Position numbers and translations under genes: made by a program. The notes below the pieces were generated by a model. The model had not been told where the DNA came from. It did no database searches and saw only the letters and a program-made list of their open reading frames with translations. This document shows positions 44,574 through 55,104 of a stretch of 64,000 nucleotides of DNA, in pieces. This DNA is from Minisyncoccota bacterium (GTDB lineage Bacteria; Patescibacteriota; Minisyncoccia; Phycocordibacterales; BOKC01), in the NCBI GenBank assembly GCA_030583745.1, contig CP129473.1, forward strand, positions 140,551-204,550, written 5' to 3'. Numbering within the stretch: position 1 is the first letter of the stretch; every line of letters begins with the position of its first letter.

Positions 44574-44583
44574 TTTTGCCAAA

Positions 44584-46602
44584 ATGACCCAAAACCGTTT
44601 CAAATTGAAAAGTGATTTTTCGCCGGCCGGCGACCAACCAAAAGCTATAGAAAAATTAGTTAGCGGTGTCGGTAAAAAATTTAAATACCAAACCCTGCTT
44701 GGTGTTACGGGTAGTGGCAAAACTTTTACCATTGCTAACGTTATTGAGAAAATTCAAAAACCGACCCTCGTCATTGCCCACAATAAAACTTTGGCGGCAC
44801 AACTAGCTCAAGAGTATCGAGATTTTTTTCCAGAAAACGCTGTCCATTACTTTGTTTCTTATTATGATTTCTATCAGCCGGAGGCCTATATGCCGGTTAC
44901 TGATACCTATATTGAAAAAGAAGCAATGATCAACGAAGAAATTGATCGTTTAAGACATGCTTCCACTCAAGCACTTTTGACAAGGCAAGACGTCATAATT
45001 GTAGCTTCAGTTTCGTGTATATATGGTTTAGGCAACCCCAGTGAATACAAGAAAGCGCACTTGAGTATTGAAGTTGGAGATAAACTTGGCCGATCATCGC
45101 TAATCAGGAATCTGGTTGAGATGCATTTTAGGAGAACCAATAGCGATCTAGTCTCTGGCGAATTTAGAGCGATAGGCAATAGCTTGGAAATTATGCCGAC
45201 TAACGAGAAACTTATTTTTAGATTGGAAATAGATAATGAAATTGTGTCAAAAATTGAAATTCTAAATCCGATTTCCCGTTCAATTATTAGCGAGGAGAAT
45301 TCAGTTTTTATATTTCCAGCAAAACATTTTATCACTGACGATGAAGAGCTTGAAAGAGCTACTCGCGCCATAAAAAGTGAACTAAAAAACCAACTCAAAA
45401 AATTTGAAAAAGAGGAAAAACTTTTGGAAGCCGAACGCCTAAAAAGAAGAACAAATTATGATTTGGCTTTGATAAAGGAAGTAGGATATTGCAATGGAAT
45501 TGAAAACTACTCGCGTCATTTTGAAAACCGAGAGCCAGGCAAACCCCCATTTACTCTGCTTGATTATTTTGTCTTTGGTCGTAAAAATAAAGATTTTCTG
45601 ATAATTATAGACGAATCACATGTTACTTTGCCACAAATCGCTGGAATGCAATCAGGTGATGCCGCCAGAAAAAAGGTTTTGATAGAGCACGGTTTTCGCT
45701 TGCCTTCAGCCAAAGATAATCGCCCAATGACCTTTGAAGAATTTCAAGGAAGAATCAGCCAAGCAATTTTTACTTCTGCTACGCCGGGAGAGTTTGAGAA
45801 AAAAAACAGCCGTCAAGTTGTTGAGCAAATAATCCGCCCAACTGGTCTTATTGATCCTGCTATTGAGGTTAGGCCAATAAACGGAAAAAAAGGATATCCC
45901 GGACAAATTCATGATTTTATCAAGGATACCGAGAAAGTCGTGAAGGGTGGTGGGAGGGTTTTGGTGACCACTTTGACCAAAAAAATGGCCGAGGATTTGA
46001 GTCAGTTTTTGAAAGAAAAGAAAATCAAATCGGAATATTTGCACAGCGACATAAAAACTTTGGAGAGAATTGAAATTTTGACGAATTTTAGAAAAGGAGA
46101 CTTTGACTGTTTGGTTGGAGTAAATCTTTTACGTGAAGGTCTTGATTTACCAGAAGTAGAATTAATTGGGATTCTAGATGCAGACAAAGAGGGTTTTCTA
46201 AGAAGCGAAACTTCCTTGATACAGATAATTGGTCGGGCGGCAAGAAATGTAAAAGGTCGAGTGATTCTTTACGCCGACAAGCTAACAGATTCAATGAATA
46301 GGGCTATCAGTGAGACAAACAGAAGAAGAGAGATTCAAATTTCATACAATAAAAAACACAAAATAATTCCAAAGACCGTGATCAAAAAAATTAGAGACAT
46401 TACAGAAGACATAAGAAACCGCCACCAAAAAGCTGCTGATTCTTTAGCTTCTCTTGATAGGGAAGTTTATAAAGGTGGCATCAAGAAAATATTGAAAGAG
46501 AAAGAAAAACAAATGAACGAGGCGGTTAAGAATTTAGATTTTGAAACTGCCGCTATTTTACGAGATGAAATAAAAATTCTCTTGGGAAGAGGAGAAAAAT
46601 AA
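44584..46602 (+). CDS. uvrB: Excinuclease ABC subunit B
   Basis: GVTGSGKTFT Walker A, helicase motifs, C-terminal UVR domain. ORF track start 44536. Confidence 0.95.
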   Translation: MTQNRFKLKSDFSPAGDQPKAIEKLVSGVGKKFKYQTLLGVTGSGKTFTIANVIEKIQKPTLVIAHNKTLAAQLAQEYRDFFPENAVHYFVSYYDFYQPEAYMPVTDTYIEKEAMINEEIDRLRHASTQALLTRQDVIIVASVSCIYGLGNPSEYKKAHLSIEVGDKLGRSSLIRNLVEMHFRRTNSDLVSGEFRAIGNSLEIMPTNEKLIFRLEIDNEIVSKIEILNPISRSIISEENSVFIFPAKHFITDDEELERATRAIKSELKNQLKKFEKEEKLLEAERLKRRTNYDLALIKEVGYCNGIENYSRHFENREPGKPPFTLLDYFVFGRKNKDFLIIIDESHVTLPQIAGMQSGDAARKKVLIEHGFRLPSAKDNRPMTFEEFQGRISQAIFTSATPGEFEKKNSRQVVEQIIRPTGLIDPAIEVRPINGKKGYPGQIHDFIKDTEKVVKGGGRVLVTTLTKKMAEDLSQFLKEKKIKSEYLHSDIKTLERIEILTNFRKGDFDCLVGVNLLREGLDLPEVELIGILDADKEGFLRSETSLIQIIGRAARNVKGRVILYADKLTDSMNRAISETNRRREIQISYNKKHKIIPKTVIKKIRDITEDIRNRHQKAADSLASLDREVYKGGIKKILKEKEKQMNEAVKNLDFETAAILRDEIKILLGRGEK

Positions 46603-46661
46603 TTTTATATCCCCAATGTATTTGTAAGTTTTTATCTTTTTGCTTGCTATAATTTAAAGAC

Positions 46662-48131
46662 ATGGCGATCCGACTAATTCACAGTAACAAGTTTGAATCA
46701 AACAAATGGTTGATTTCGGCGAGGTGGTTTTACGCCCCGGCGATTTTTGTTATGGGACTTTTGTCCAGACTCGATCCGGTCGGCGATGCAGTATTCCCAC
46801 TACCGGTAATGCTCCTCTTGTTTTCTATTTTTATTTTGGTCAATGCGGTTTTTTGGTTGACTGCCAAACAGTTGGAAATGAAAAACCAGACCAAAAGAAT
46901 AAATTATCTCGGATTCGGGCAAATTATGGCAGAACTTGTTTTCTTTTTATTCATCTTCCATTTCTCTGGGGGGATCGAGAGCATCTCATCAATATTTTTC
47001 TTCATTCCAATTGTTTCCTCAATAATTCTGTTCAGTCCAATCGGTTCGCTCTTTGTGGCCTTTGTTTCCGCTGTTTTAGTCAACGGAATGATTTTTCTTT
47101 CGTATTTTGGAATTGCCCAAAAAATTTACGGTTACTCCGGACGCGAGATTGTTGAGTATGACGAACTTTTAGTGATGCTTTCAACCTCAATAGTTATTTC
47201 GGCTGTTTATTTTATTGTCGGCTCATTATCCGGCTACCTGTCTTCAGCTTTGAAAAAAAGAGAATATCAGATTATTGAAGGAAGAAGACAAGCCGAACTT
47301 CAGTCCGAAAAGTTGCGTCTATTGAACGAAGAATACAACAAATTTGCTAGGCGCTTAATACGGCAAGATTTAGAATTAAAAAAGGAAACCGAAGAAGTCG
47401 AACGTCTTGACCAAGAAAAAAGGGAGTTCGTTTCAACTGTTGCCCATCAATTAAGAACTCCACTTTCGGCTATCAAGTGGACACTCGATACTTTGTTGAG
47501 AGGCAATGAAGGGGTTTTAACAAGCGACCAAAGAGCTTTGATAATGAAAGCTTACGAGAGCAATGAAAGAATCATAAGTTTGATACATGATATGCTCGGT
47601 TCTGAAAGGATTGACGCCGGTGCCGGTGGTTTCTCTCCAGTTGAAATAAATCTGACTGATTTGCTAGATAATGTGCTCCCAGACTTCCACTCCGTTATTG
47701 AAAACAAAAACATAAAAATTGAGATTCAAAAAGAAAAAAACTTACCAAAAGTTAAGGTTGATCCACAAAAAATTCGCGCCGTTTTCCAGAATTTGATTGA
47801 AAACGCGGTTAAATATTCAAAAAAAGGTGGAAAAATTACGATCGCCCTTAGTTTGAATAAGGTTGGGGACAAAGTTTTAGCACTAATTTCTGACGAAGGT
47901 ATTGGAATTCCTAAAGAAGAACAATCTAATCTTTTTAGAAAGTTTTTCAGAGCCTCAAACGCTGTAAAGCTTGAACCAGGTGGAACTGGACTCGGACTTT
48001 TCATAGTCAAAAGTTTGATTGAACAGCACGGCGGTTCAATCAATTTTGAAAGTCAAGACGGCAAAGGAACTAAATTTATATTAGAAATCCCCATAAGCCC
48101 TGTTCCTCCCGCTCAAAAAGTTGTAAAATAA
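46662..48131 (+). CDS. Membrane sensor histidine kinase
   Basis: H-box VAHQLRTPL; HATPase motifs. Confidence 0.85.
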   Translation: MAIRLIHSNKFESNKWLISARWFYAPAIFVMGLLSRLDPVGDAVFPLPVMLLLFSIFILVNAVFWLTAKQLEMKNQTKRINYLGFGQIMAELVFFLFIFHFSGGIESISSIFFFIPIVSSIILFSPIGSLFVAFVSAVLVNGMIFLSYFGIAQKIYGYSGREIVEYDELLVMLSTSIVISAVYFIVGSLSGYLSSALKKREYQIIEGRRQAELQSEKLRLLNEEYNKFARRLIRQDLELKKETEEVERLDQEKREFVSTVAHQLRTPLSAIKWTLDTLLRGNEGVLTSDQRALIMKAYESNERIISLIHDMLGSERIDAGAGGFSPVEINLTDLLDNVLPDFHSVIENKNIKIEIQKEKNLPKVKVDPQKIRAVFQNLIENAVKYSKKGGKITIALSLNKVGDKVLALISDEGIGIPKEEQSNLFRKFFRASNAVKLEPGGTGLGLFIVKSLIEQHGGSINFESQDGKGTKFILEIPISPVPPAQKVVK

Positions 48132-48135
48132 AACT

Positions 48136-48921
48136 ATGGCAGAAAAAATTTTAATTGTTTTGGAAGAAGACCTCTTTCTTGGCAATGTTATAAACGAAAA
48201 AATAAAGAAGGAAGGTTTTGAGACATTGTTTATAAACAATGCCAGAATAGCGCTCTCACAGATGGAGAACTTCAAACCCGATCTTGTGATTCTGGATATC
48301 AGTCTAAAAACCATTAGCTCATTCAAGGTGTTGGAAGAAAAAAATGCAAGACAAGACTTGCGACAAATTCCCGTGATTACAATATCACCCTCTGGAGGCG
48401 TTGATGAGATAAGGCGGGTTTTAGATCTTGGGGTTAGAGATTATATAGTCAAATCACAATTCAGCGCCGACGAATTAGTATCAAAAGTTAAAATTCAGCT
48501 TGTAAAGACTGGTAAAAAAGATGGTAAAAATTTTTTGGAGGGTAGAAAGATTATGTGGGTTGAAGATGATCAATTTTTAAGCGATTTAATTGCCAGAAAA
48601 CTCTCGCAACAAAAAAGCCAATTGCTTTTTTCAAGAACTGGCGAAGAAGCTCTAAAAGTTTTAGAACAAGACCAGCCGGATGTTATTTTGCTAGATCTTT
48701 TACTTCCCGGAATAAGCGGTTTTGATGTCTTGAAAGCGGTTAAATCAAATAATAAATTAAAAGATATTCCGGTCATCATTCTCTCAAACTTCACTCAAAA
48801 TAACGAAATAGAAAGAACAAGAGCTATGGGCGCCGACCGATTTTTGACAAAAGCGACTGTAGTTTTAGACGATATCGTAAAAGAAATTCAAAACGTTCTT
48901 TTTGAAAAACAAAAAATCTAG
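48136..48921 (+). CDS. Response regulator with two tandem receiver domains and no output domain
   Basis: Two REC domains with DLVILDISL and DVILLDLLLPGISGFD. Confidence 0.8.
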   Translation: MAEKILIVLEEDLFLGNVINEKIKKEGFETLFINNARIALSQMENFKPDLVILDISLKTISSFKVLEEKNARQDLRQIPVITISPSGGVDEIRRVLDLGVRDYIVKSQFSADELVSKVKIQLVKTGKKDGKNFLEGRKIMWVEDDQFLSDLIARKLSQQKSQLLFSRTGEEALKVLEQDQPDVILLDLLLPGISGFDVLKAVKSNNKLKDIPVIILSNFTQNNEIERTRAMGADRFLTKATVVLDDIVKEIQNVLFEKQKI

Positions 48922-49002
48922 ATTGGAGATGAGTTAGTATTGTGTTAGTATAAACTTTAATACCCCTAGTAAGTTAAGAAAGGGGGTTTTGTTGCTTGTT
49001 TT

Positions 49003-51591
49003 ATGCAAAAAAATTCAGGAGACAAGATAATAGTGCGTGGCGCTAGAACTCATAATTTAAAAAATATCACGGTAGAAATGCCGAGAAACAAGATAACCGT
49101 GATAACCGGTCTGTCGGGTTCCGGCAAATCGTCTTTGGCTTTTGATACGATTTTTGCCGAAGGGCAGAGGCGTTACATAGAATCCCTTTCTCCCTATGCC
49201 AGACAATTTTTGAGAATAATGCCCAAACCTGATGTTGATGAGATTTCGGGCCTGTCTCCGGCTATTTCTATTGACCAGAAATTTCGCTCCGGAAATCCGC
49301 GTTCAACAGTTGCGACTATGACCGAAATTTATGATTACCTGCGAATTTTGTTTGCCAGAATCGGCCGACCGCATTGTCTAATCTGCGGAAAAGAGATTGA
49401 AAAAATGTCACGTGAAGAGATAAAAAATTTAATTGTTAAAAAAATACGGGAAAAAATCACAAAATCAGGAAAAGAATCTACACTCGAAATATACTCTCCG
49501 GTTGTTCGAGGGCGAAAAGGTGAGTATTACCAACTACTCTACGACCTCTTAGGCAGAGGGTATTCAAAAGTTTCAATTGATGGGCAATTAAAAAGTCTAA
49601 GGCAACAAATTATTCTCTCCAAAAATAAAAAGCACAATATCGATATTCTTGTTGACGAGATTAAATTTTCCGATTTGTCCTTGTCAGTTCCGACAAACAA
49701 GGACTGGCAAGAAAGATTGGGAGAGGATTTGGAGAAAGCGCTTGAGGAATCAGAAGGTCTTGTAAAAATAATTTTTAATTTTGGAAAGACAGAAAAAGAA
49801 GAGTTCGTTTGGTCTACTAAATTCTCTTGTCCTTCAGACGGTTATTCGTATCCAGAAATAGAACCGAGAATGTTTTCTTTTAATTCTCCTTATGGAGCTT
49901 GCCAAGATTGCAATGGTCTTGGTACCAAACATTATTGGGGTTCTGAACCTTGTCCAAATTGTAATGGTTCAAGATTGAGAAAGGAGGCCTTAAAGGTCTT
50001 GATTTCCGGAAAAAATATAGTTGAAATCGGTAGTCTTTCAATTTCCGAAGCAGATGAATTTTTTGGAAATATTAAACTTAACAAGAAAGAAAAAGAAATT
50101 TCTGAAGTTGCAATCAGAGAAATAGTTTCTCGTCTGAAATTTATGATTAATGTCGGAATTGAATACCTGACTTTAGACAGGCGAGCCGGAACGCTTTCCG
50201 GCGGAGAAGCGCAAAGAATTCGCTTGGCAAGCCAACTCGGGTCTGGTCTGGTCGGCGCACTTTATGTTTTAGACGAACCAACAATTGGCCTACATGCTCA
50301 CGACAACAATCGACTGGTAAAAACTTTGGCCGAACTTCGAGACCTTGGTAACACAATAATAATTGTTGAGCACGACGAAGATACTATTTATTCTTCAGAT
50401 TACATTGTTGATATTGGTCCGGGAGCTGGAATTCATGGTGGAGAAGTGGTGGTTTCTGGTTTTTTGGAAAAATTATTGACCGAAGCAAATTCGTCAGCTA
50501 GCAGAAAAAATAATTCTCTGACCCTTGATTACTTGAGAGGTGATAACAAAATTCCGGTTCCGGAAAAAAGACGGGATACAGAAAAAGGCAAAATAATAAT
50601 AAAAGGTGGGAAAGTTTTTAATATAAAAAATTTAAATGCTGAAATCCCTCTCGGTAAATTTGTGGTAATAACCGGTCTGTCGGGCTCCGGTAAATCGTCT
50701 CTACTTTACGAAATTCTCCATAAAAATTTACAAGCCAGGTTTGATCGTAGATACAGAAGCGCAGAAATTTTTAATTGTCAGTCTTTTACTGGTACAGAAT
50801 ATCTAAACAGAGCAATTTTAATAGACCAGTCACCAATTGGCCGAACCCCGCGCTCTAACCCAGCGACTTATACCGGCGCATGGACTTTTATCCGCGAGCT
50901 TTTCGCCGAAACTTCCGAAGCTAAAGTCCGCGGTTGGAAACCTAGCCGTTTCTCTTTCAATGTCAAAGGTGGTCGTTGTGAAGCTTGCCAGGGTAATGGA
51001 ACCATAGAGGTTGAAATGCAGTTTTTGCCGACTGTTTATGTCACTTGTGATGTGTGCAACGGCCGTCGGTTTATGAAAGAAACTCTTGAGGTTAAATATA
51101 AGAAAAAAAATATATATGACGTCCTAAAGATGACAATAGAAGAAGCGCTTGATTTTTTCAAAGATATTCCGGGAGTTTACGACCGTTTGAAAACCATGGA
51201 CGAGGTTGGCTTGAGCTATTTAGAGCTTGGTCAGTCTGCTACCACGCTTTCTGGTGGGGAAGCGCAGAGAGTAAAGATTTCTTCCGAACTTTTTCGGCCC
51301 GATTTATACAAAACAATTTATCTTTTAGACGAGCCGACGGTCGGCTTACATTACGAAGATGTAAAAAAACTTGTTGAGATTCTTCAAAAATTGGTTGATA
51401 AGGGTAACACCGTCGTAACAATCGAACACAATATGGATTTCATAAAAAACTCCGACTACATTATTGATATGGGGCCGGAAGGTGGAGACAGAGGTGGTGA
51501 AATTGTTGCCAAAGGCACACCTGAACAAATTGCTCAATCTAAAGATTCCTATACCGGAGAATATTTGAGAAAAACTCTAAAGAAAGAATAA
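49003..51591 (+). CDS. uvrA: Excinuclease ABC subunit A
   Basis: Two ABC ATPase modules, Zn-finger CxxC pairs, LSGGEAQR twice. Confidence 0.95.
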   Translation: MQKNSGDKIIVRGARTHNLKNITVEMPRNKITVITGLSGSGKSSLAFDTIFAEGQRRYIESLSPYARQFLRIMPKPDVDEISGLSPAISIDQKFRSGNPRSTVATMTEIYDYLRILFARIGRPHCLICGKEIEKMSREEIKNLIVKKIREKITKSGKESTLEIYSPVVRGRKGEYYQLLYDLLGRGYSKVSIDGQLKSLRQQIILSKNKKHNIDILVDEIKFSDLSLSVPTNKDWQERLGEDLEKALEESEGLVKIIFNFGKTEKEEFVWSTKFSCPSDGYSYPEIEPRMFSFNSPYGACQDCNGLGTKHYWGSEPCPNCNGSRLRKEALKVLISGKNIVEIGSLSISEADEFFGNIKLNKKEKEISEVAIREIVSRLKFMINVGIEYLTLDRRAGTLSGGEAQRIRLASQLGSGLVGALYVLDEPTIGLHAHDNNRLVKTLAELRDLGNTIIIVEHDEDTIYSSDYIVDIGPGAGIHGGEVVVSGFLEKLLTEANSSASRKNNSLTLDYLRGDNKIPVPEKRRDTEKGKIIIKGGKVFNIKNLNAEIPLGKFVVITGLSGSGKSSLLYEILHKNLQARFDRRYRSAEIFNCQSFTGTEYLNRAILIDQSPIGRTPRSNPATYTGAWTFIRELFAETSEAKVRGWKPSRFSFNVKGGRCEACQGNGTIEVEMQFLPTVYVTCDVCNGRRFMKETLEVKYKKKNIYDVLKMTIEEALDFFKDIPGVYDRLKTMDEVGLSYLELGQSATTLSGGEAQRVKISSELFRPDLYKTIYLLDEPTVGLHYEDVKKLVEILQKLVDKGNTVVTIEHNMDFIKNSDYIIDMGPEGGDRGGEIVAKGTPEQIAQSKDSYTGEYLRKTLKKE

Positions 51592-51601
51592 TTCATAACG
51601 A

Positions 51602-52837
51602 ATGCGTTCAGATAGCAAAATGAATCCTTCGCTTGCTAAAAAAATAAAAAACCTGCCGGATTCTCCTGGTGTTTATTTATTTTCAGCGAGAGGGGGTAAA
51701 ACGGAAGACGAAAAAATTCTTTATATTGGTAAAGCCACGTCTCTTCGGAACAGGGTAAGAAGTTATTTTAATGGAAACTTATTATTTTCTCGCGGCCCCT
51801 TGATTGCCAAGATGGTTGAGGAAATAAAAAATATAAAGTATCAAAAAACCGATTCTGTCCTTGAGGCGCTTATCTTAGAGGCCAATTTAATTAAAAAATA
51901 CAAACCGAAATACAATACTCAAGAAAAAGATGACAGGAGTTGGAATTATATTGTGATAACCGACGAAGATTTCCCTAGAATTCTCACCATCCGCCAAAAA
52001 GAACTCGCCCTAGACCCTAAACCCTATACCCTAATGGCTAGCTTCGGTCCTTTCCCCCACGGAAACCAATTAAAAGAGGCCTTGAGAATTCTTAGAAAAA
52101 TCTTTCCTTTCTACTCGAGCGACACAAAAAACACCCAAGGTGAAAGATTTTACAAAGAAATAGGATTGGCTCCAAACCAAAACAAATCTGACTATCAAAA
52201 AACAATTAGTCATCTAAAACTCTTCCTTGAGGGTAAGAAAAAACAAATTATTTTTAATCTAGAAAAAGAGATGATGGGTGAAGTCAAAAAACTCAATTTT
52301 GAAAAAGCGGGGGAGTTGAGAAACAAAATATTTGCTTTAAAACACATACAAGACATTGCCTTACTGAAGAATTTGGATGAAAGTGGTGTAGACCAAGGGA
52401 ATTTTCGAATAGAATCTTATGACGTGGCACATATTTCAGGGACATTTATGGTTGGCGTGATGGTTGTCCTTGAAGAAGGAATTTTCAAAAAAAGTCAGTA
52501 CAGAAAATTTAAAATAAAAAAAACAGAAGGAGGCGACACATCAGCTCTATCTGAAATTATCGATAGAAGATTTAACCACGCCGAATGGCAGATGCCAAAT
52601 CTTGTCTGCGTTGATGGCGGAATAGCACAAAAAAACGTAGCAGAAAAAATTTTAAGAAAAAAAGATTTATTCATTCCGGTAGTTTCAGTTGTTAAAGACA
52701 AAAAACACAAACCGAAACAAATCCTCGGGGATAGAAAAACGATTGGTAATCGGCAAAAAGAGATTCTTCTCATCAATCAAGAAGCTCATCGTTTCGCCTT
52801 ATCTTTTCATAAAAAATTGAGAGACAAAATTAATTGA
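51602..52837 (+). CDS. uvrC: Excinuclease ABC subunit C, short form lacking the C-terminal HhH domain
   Basis: GIY-YIG N-terminus GVYLF..ILYIGKA; UVR domain; RNase H-like endonuclease region. Confidence 0.8.
   Translation: MRSDSKMNPSLAKKIKNLPDSPGVYLFSARGGKTEDEKILYIGKATSLRNRVRSYFNGNLLFSRGPLIAKMVEEIKNIKYQKTDSVLEALILEANLIKKYKPKYNTQEKDDRSWNYIVITDEDFPRILTIRQKELALDPKPYTLMASFGPFPHGNQLKEALRILRKIFPFYSSDTKNTQGERFYKEIGLAPNQNKSDYQKTISHLKLFLEGKKKQIIFNLEKEMMGEVKKLNFEKAGELRNKIFALKHIQDIALLKNLDESGVDQGNFRIESYDVAHISGTFMVGVMVVLEEGIFKKSQYRKFKIKKTEGGDTSALSEIIDRRFNHAEWQMPNLVCVDGGIAQKNVAEKILRKKDLFIPVVSVVKDKKHKPKQILGDRKTIGNRQKEILLINQEAHRFALSFHKKLRDKIN
52008..52041. repeat. Dispersed heptamer repeat copy E, located in-frame inside uvrC
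   Basis: ccctagaccctaaaccctataccctaatggctag encodes LDPKPYTLMAS. Confidence 0.55.
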
Positions 52838-52895
52838 AGATCCATATCGCTTTTCTATTAATGCTATTTGTTTTTCAACTGATATAATAGTAATT

Positions 52896-53870
52896 ATGTC
52901 AAAGATTGGGAAAATTAGAGTTGGCGTTTTGCGCGGTGGACCATCTGGCGAATATGAAATTTCTCTTAAAACCGGCAATGCAGTTTTAGAAAATCTGCCG
53001 GCAAAATATCATCCGATTGATATTTTCATAGACAAAAACGGGATTTGGCATCACCACGGATTACCTTACCAACCGGAAAAAATCTTAAAACATTTGGACG
53101 TGGTTTTTAATGCTCTACATGGAGAATATGGCGAAGATGGGAAAGTTCAAAAGGTTTTTGAACACTTTAAGATTCCATATACCGGCTCAAACTCATTTTC
53201 TTCAGCTTTGGCAATGAACAAGGTTTTTTCTAGAAAGATTTTCGGTGAAGTTGGTTTAAAGATTCCAGAAGCCGAAGTTCTAAAGAAATCAGAAGCCAGT
53301 TATTTGAAAGTTTTTGAAATTTTTTCTCACTTACCCAAACCGATTGTTGTCAAACCATCTTCAGGTGGATCGTCTTTGGGAGTTAATATTACAGACTCTT
53401 TGGAAAATTTTTCTGAAGCAATTTGGAACGCCTTTGAGTATTCTGAAATTGCTTTGATTGAGCGGTGTGTTGAGGGAATTGAGGTTACCTGCGGAGTAAT
53501 AGAGGGTGTAAATCAAAATCAAATTTTTGCTCTGCCTCCTATTGAAATTCGACCTACAAATTCAGATTTTTTTGACTATCAAGCAAAATACAGTGGAACA
53601 ACAGAAGAGATTTGTCCGGCTGAATTACCAGAAGATTTAATCGAAGAAGTAAAAAATGTTGCAATCTTAGCCCATAAGGCACTGAATCTAAAACATTATT
53701 CTAGAACAGACATGATTATTGACGATGACGATAATATCTACGTTCTGGAAACCAACACTCTGCCCGGTCTAACATTAGAATCGCTTTTCCCAAAATCGGT
53801 AAGGGCTGCCGGTTCTAATCTGTCAGACTTTTTAGACCACCTCTTAACCCTGGCTTTAAAAAATAGGTAG
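52896..53870 (+). CDS. ddl: D-alanine--D-alanine ligase
   Basis: ATP-grasp with IRVGVLRGGPSGEYEISL N-terminus and LETNTLPG C-terminus. Confidence 0.9.
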   Translation: MSKIGKIRVGVLRGGPSGEYEISLKTGNAVLENLPAKYHPIDIFIDKNGIWHHHGLPYQPEKILKHLDVVFNALHGEYGEDGKVQKVFEHFKIPYTGSNSFSSALAMNKVFSRKIFGEVGLKIPEAEVLKKSEASYLKVFEIFSHLPKPIVVKPSSGGSSLGVNITDSLENFSEAIWNAFEYSEIALIERCVEGIEVTCGVIEGVNQNQIFALPPIEIRPTNSDFFDYQAKYSGTTEEICPAELPEDLIEEVKNVAILAHKALNLKHYSRTDMIIDDDDNIYVLETNTLPGLTLESLFPKSVRAAGSNLSDFLDHLLTLALKNR

Positions 53871-53961
53871 GTTTTTGTACTAACCATCTAATTTTGGTGG
53901 TGTTTGTTTGAAAAAGTCAGGACCCATTTCGAGCAGAACCCCGACTAATGTGCCACGCGCG

Positions 53962-54102
53962 GAGCGCGGTAGGAATGCGTGGCGGATTTTTGCCAAAGCT
54001 TGTATAGATGACGAAATTGTGGTAGCTTATTTCTGGATGAAATCCATGGTGGATTTCTCAAATTGCACATTCACAACTGAAAAAGGAGATCAAAATGGAA
54101 AC
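53962..54102 (+). repeat. Left copy of a ~140-bp inverted repeat carrying a shared promoter/leader/RBS/ATG for radical SAM gene 1
   Basis: Near-identical to the reverse complement of 63228..63366; contains alternative hairpins tggatgaaatcca / gaaatccatggtggatttc and RBS aaaggag. Confidence 0.8.
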
Positions 54103-55090
54103 AAGAATTGGACGTCAATACATCACTTCGAGGCAAGAACTCGGAATTGCTCGATCCGAAACACTTCAACATCTCTTTGAAAATCATTCAAAATCCTCAA
54201 CAACTGAAAATAAGGTGGGGTTCGCTTCACTTTATGTGACAGGACGTTGCCACCTGAACTGTCCACACTGTTACGCTGAAGAGGAGTTTGCTGGACTTTC
54301 AAAAGATGCTTCGACTGAACAGATGGTGAGAATCATCAACTTTCTGTGCCAGTTGACGAGCAGAATACAGCTCACTGGTGGGGAAATTTTCGTCCGAGCA
54401 GATCCTGAGTCTCGACGAAATGACACCCTTCTTTTGGTAGATGAAATCTCGCAACGCAATCGGGAAGTGATTATACAAACCACAGGAATGCATATCACTG
54501 TTCCAATGCTTGAGTTTTGTGCTGTACGTAACGTGAAGTGGTTTTCGCTTTCACTTGACGGTCCAGATGCAGAATCAAACAGTCTCATCCGAGGAAACGA
54601 CTCTGCGTTTACAAAGACAATAGAGTTAATTCCCCAGCTGAAACAATTCGGTTTTAAAGTAAAAGTCGGAACCACAATGACGGCCATTACCCAAAAACGA
54701 GAGAATCTTATCAGGGTTGGAGAGTTGATGGCGAAACTCGGCGTTGACAATTGGAAGATCACACAATTCTTCGGTCGGGAAAAGGGTCGAGCATCTGGAG
54801 AAAATGCACATTGGCTTAGTGTGCCTGACGAGCTCTTTTATTCTCTTACCACGGAACTGCAGAATATGTTTCAAGGCAAAGAGATGAGGGTGACGACACA
54901 TAGCGTCAATGACTTTTCTTCAAGCCCTGCTCTATTGGTTCAGCCCACAGGCATAATAACGGTGACTCACGGGGCTGACGATGTGTACGTTGGGAATGCC
55001 CTCACGGACAAACCAACAGACACAATTGCACGACTAGAATCAATGAGCGGAATCACTTCAATTCAGGTCAACGCCCAAAAGACTTACTAA
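54095..55090 (+). CDS. Radical SAM enzyme 1 (CxxxCxxC, no obvious SPASM domain)
   Basis: GRCHLNCPHCY cluster; GGE motif QLTGGEIF; LSLDGPDAESNSLIRG. Confidence 0.8.
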   Translation: METRIGRQYITSRQELGIARSETLQHLFENHSKSSTTENKVGFASLYVTGRCHLNCPHCYAEEEFAGLSKDASTEQMVRIINFLCQLTSRIQLTGGEIFVRADPESRRNDTLLLVDEISQRNREVIIQTTGMHITVPMLEFCAVRNVKWFSLSLDGPDAESNSLIRGNDSAFTKTIELIPQLKQFGFKVKVGTTMTAITQKRENLIRVGELMAKLGVDNWKITQFFGREKGRASGENAHWLSVPDELFYSLTTELQNMFQGKEMRVTTHSVNDFSSSPALLVQPTGIITVTHGADDVYVGNALTDKPTDTIARLESMSGITSIQVNAQKTY

Positions 55091-55104
55091 AAGAGGAGTA
55101 ATCT

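Noticed and set aside
8-52041. The telomere-like repeat as evidence of a linear replicon end
   Set aside because: The arrays are only 3-4 units long, internal and dispersed, not terminal tracts.
53908-54180. 90-aa ORF overlapping the shared leader and start of radical SAM 1; a similar N-extension on radical SAM 2 (63236..63310)
   Set aside because: The motif VAYFWMKSMVDFSN appears in both only because the leader DNA is duplicated. The conserved RBS plus ATGGAAAC start is the better start site.
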